A DNA stretch of 64,000 nucleotides from Felis catus (lineage: Eukaryota): positions 145,888,001-145,952,000 of the forward strand of contig NC_058368.1 in NCBI RefSeq assembly GCF_018350175.1. The letters are read 5' to 3'. A program made the position numbers and the translations under genes. The notes under the pieces were generated by a model. It did not search any database, was not told where the DNA came from, and worked only from the letters and a program-made list of their open reading frames with translations. Below are positions 60,781 through 64,000 of the stretch, in pieces (positions within the stretch are counted from its first letter, which is position 1; every line of letters starts with the position of its first letter).

Positions 60781-61974
60781 ATCTGCACACACCTAGTAAA
60801 AGAAACAAGGGGAAAATGAAACAAAAGTCAAGTAATATTTTCTGGGATTATGTTTTTACAGATGATCGTGTACTCGTAGGCTCTAAATAATCTTATAAAT
60901 ATTAAGATTTAGAAAAATGGGGGTCTCAAGTAGCCTAGTTCTATTTTTTCTCCAAAGTGCCTTCAAGTTTCAATTGTGTGTTGAGTAAAGCCCCTGGAAG
61001 GTACACGCATACTGAAAACACTGCTAGTCTTGGCCGGCACAGGCCCCCCTGGGCTAGAGCTGTGCACTGGCTATAAAAAATGCTGGGTTTTGTTTCCAGA
61101 CAGCATTCACTTCCTAAGCAAGGAAAGGCCAAGAGACTCTTGGGGAATTAACCTACTAAAAGAACCTATCAAGTCAAACTTCTTCTCTTCTAGCCAGTTT
61201 GAAACAAAATTGATGGTTCTGTGCACATGTTGTCCTTCACCTGGAATGCATGCTGGCTGCTCCGTGATTTTTATTAAAGGTACATGCCAGTACAGCATGT
61301 TTTGGAAACAAAATACCTGGTGTTCTGACACACTTTCTGGATGAGCCACAAGTCAGTGAGTTCCTCGCAAACACTGGTCTGTTCATTCAGTGTTTACTTG
61401 GAGAGATGTTTTCTCCTCTTTTTTTTTTTTTTAATTGTTTGGTTAGGATATATTTTTTCTCTGGGGCTTTGAATGAAGCTGGAAGTTACAGTTCTGCCAA
61501 AACACAGGTTGCAAAACACCTCTAAGTGACCTAAGCTACCATGCCAAGCATGAATCACTAGAGTCCATGCTTTCAACACTTTAGCAGAGGTCTTTCAAAT
61601 ACAGTGTTTAGCCTATTCTCCAATGAAACAGATACTCTACGCATTTCTCCCTGGGCTTCTCTCAGCAACCTACTTTTACAAACAATGCAGTATAAAAGTG
61701 GTAACATGTAACAGAATAAATGCTGAAGATTACATTTCCTCTTTAAAGAACATACACTAGGTGAAAGCTTTAATAATTAATTTAAGCTATTTCATAACAT
61801 TGTAATTTCTACTTAGAATTCTCTGATAACATATCTTTTCTTTAGTCATAATATAATTTAGGCCAAACCATATGATTGCTTTGGATTTGGTATGTGATTA
61901 CTTTGCCTTGTTTCTAGAGTTTTCAGTGACTCCAGTAATCCTAACAATACATACCATTTATAGAGAAAACTGCT

Positions 61975-62160
61975 AAGCAATTGTGTCAAACATATGCCAT
62001 GTAGCATTTCCAGATCTTTTAGCATTCCTGTAAGATAGATATTACCGATCCCGTTTTCCGTATGAAGACACTGGCACTCAGTAATCAAGTAGCTAACGCA
62101 GTCCTACAAGCTATAAGCAGTACAGTCAAGATTTGAACCCATGTTGGTCTGGCTCCACTT
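61975..62160 (-). mobile_element. MIR
   Basis: cctgtaagatagatattaccgatcccgttttccgtatgaagacactggcactcag...gtcaagatttgaaccca. Confidence 0.75.
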
Positions 62161-62839
62161 AGTCACCCCCTCCTTTGAATTGGATAAGCCAGTCCCATAT
62201 TCTTTTTCTTTCAGGTTTGCAAAGATTTGTTATTGTTTAAGTGAGAATATGTAGATATCCTTACAAGGCTACGCTGCATATTTTAGAAAATAACACATTT
62301 TAGGTGAGAAAAAAATATTCCACTCAGGAATGTTTATTGTATGTGATTTTAAGCCTTCATTTTATAAAAGTTATGGTTAATCCATCTGTTTCTTCATAGC
62401 ATAGATTATTTTCTTAGTCTAAAACCTCACCATTGTTCTACCTACATTGTTTTACCTACCTGGGTCTTAAGGCTTACTTTTTTATTTGATTCCTTGTTAC
62501 CTTTCCTTCTTATTTATTCTAAATTACATGTTTCTTTCTTTCTATATTAATTATATTATAGTATAGTATATTAATTTATTATTTCATTTATTACTATCTT
62601 ATCTGAAACTTCACAGTTTTCTTAGATAATGTGCCCAGGAAGAATATTGTGGACCAAGAATATCATAAAAGATGAAGCTACCAAAAAAAAAATATCCTTT
62701 ACATTCTCAAGCCTTTGTCCTGTCCTTTTTTTATTGAGTAGTAAAACCATAGCAGAGATGTTAGGTTTTACCTGTGTCATATAATCAAAGAATTAAGAAG
62801 TGCTAGAGTTGTAGTATTTTCTAATTGAAACAAAATGAA

Positions 62840-63090
62840 ACAAAACAAAACCTGATAGAGAGGAAGGAAAGCAATAAAACCAGATTTGGATTTTAGGAAG
62901 CACACTTTGTAGGTATGGAGCATGTTTAGGAGATTACTGTAATAGTTTAGGCAAGAGCCAATAAGGTTTGAATGAAGATAGAGGGGATGGGGATACAAAG
63001 AGGATCAGATGTGGAGGCTGCTAAGGAGATAATAATTCATTGAACTAGAACAATCAGATGAGGAGGATGAGAAAGAAAGTTTCTTGACTC
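62840..63090 (-). mobile_element. L2 fragment
   Basis: gatttggattttaggaagcacacttt..tttaggagattactgtaatagtttaggcaagag. Confidence 0.6.
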
Positions 63091-64000
63091 TCTCCCAAAA
63101 TGAAGAGAAGTCTGGGTGGAAAGATAACACTTACAGATAGATTTCTTTTTAATCTATTTGCTTATTACTTTGCCATAGGACACAAACTCAGTGTTTTGTT
63201 TTAGTTTTTGTTTTTTAACATAATGCCTGACATTTAATCAGAACTCCTTATGGACTAAGTTCAATTTTGATTATGCTGAGTTTTAGGTGCTCTCATGAGT
63301 CATATAGTTAGACGAGTAAAGTCCAAAAAAAATAACTAAAATACTAATTGTGATTATCTTTGTTTGTTAGAATTATACTAATTTTTGTTTTTTATTCTGA
63401 AAACCCCAAGTTTATCTTAATATTTTATCTTAAATATCCCAGATTGCCACAGTGAACATATATTACCTTCATTTTAAGTAAAAGTTAAAGCTTATTTATT
63501 ACTTCAAAAAAGAATAAGGCTGGGCAGGCAAATATGAAATTATCAGGGCAGACTATGGGGATGTATAATATGAATAATAATAATATAGGGTAACAAATAA
63601 TAATTTGAACAGAAATTTTGTTCTTATTTTATACTCCTATCCACATTTTGATAGTTCTGTTGTCACCATGCAATTGGGCATGAGTGTCCTATCTCATTTT
63701 CAAATTTCATATACACCCTTATTATTTATTAGAGGAGTCAGTGTTCTGGGCTAAAGCACTCACTCCTTCAGGCTACAAAAGCACATCACTGGTAATACCT
63801 CTTAGCCATTAGCTCCCCTCTTACAGTTGCCATCTTTTCCTTTCATTTTGAGTTATTGAAAAGTCTTTTATGTTAAGGCAAAAGAAGTCACTCTCTGTCT
63901 GTAACATTTCCTATAGCAGGGAGACCATTTTACAACAAAACTAAATATGAGGAAAATTAAACAAAGGCCAAACATATAAATTAGATACACACAAAATGAT

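Overview
AT-rich, CpG-depleted mammalian DNA, almost certainly felid: about 27 tRNA-derived carnivore SINEs (CAN-SINE, several of young SINEC_Fc type with intact TSDs) and a cat-type L1 3' end. It reads as intronic or intergenic. Other interspersed repeats are L1 of several ages, L2, L3/CR1, MIR, a solo MLT2 LTR and DNA-transposon fossils (Tigger13a, MER5A, MER33, MER63, MER81, MER112). I recognised no intact protein-coding gene, RNA gene, CpG island or CRISPR array. The ORF track is explained by SINE/L1 sequence or chance. The most unusual spot is 47.6-50.2 kb, where an 11-bp hairpin, a 42-bp tandem duplication, a perfect 30-bp palindrome carrying GATA sites and a 102-bp local copy cluster around an L1-in-Tigger nest, next to a motif-dense candidate developmental enhancer at 46.9-47.5 kb. 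Several candidate small exons and promoter-like elements are listed at low confidence. I found no convincing novel biological system. Repeat family names are from recalled consensus sequences, not a database search.
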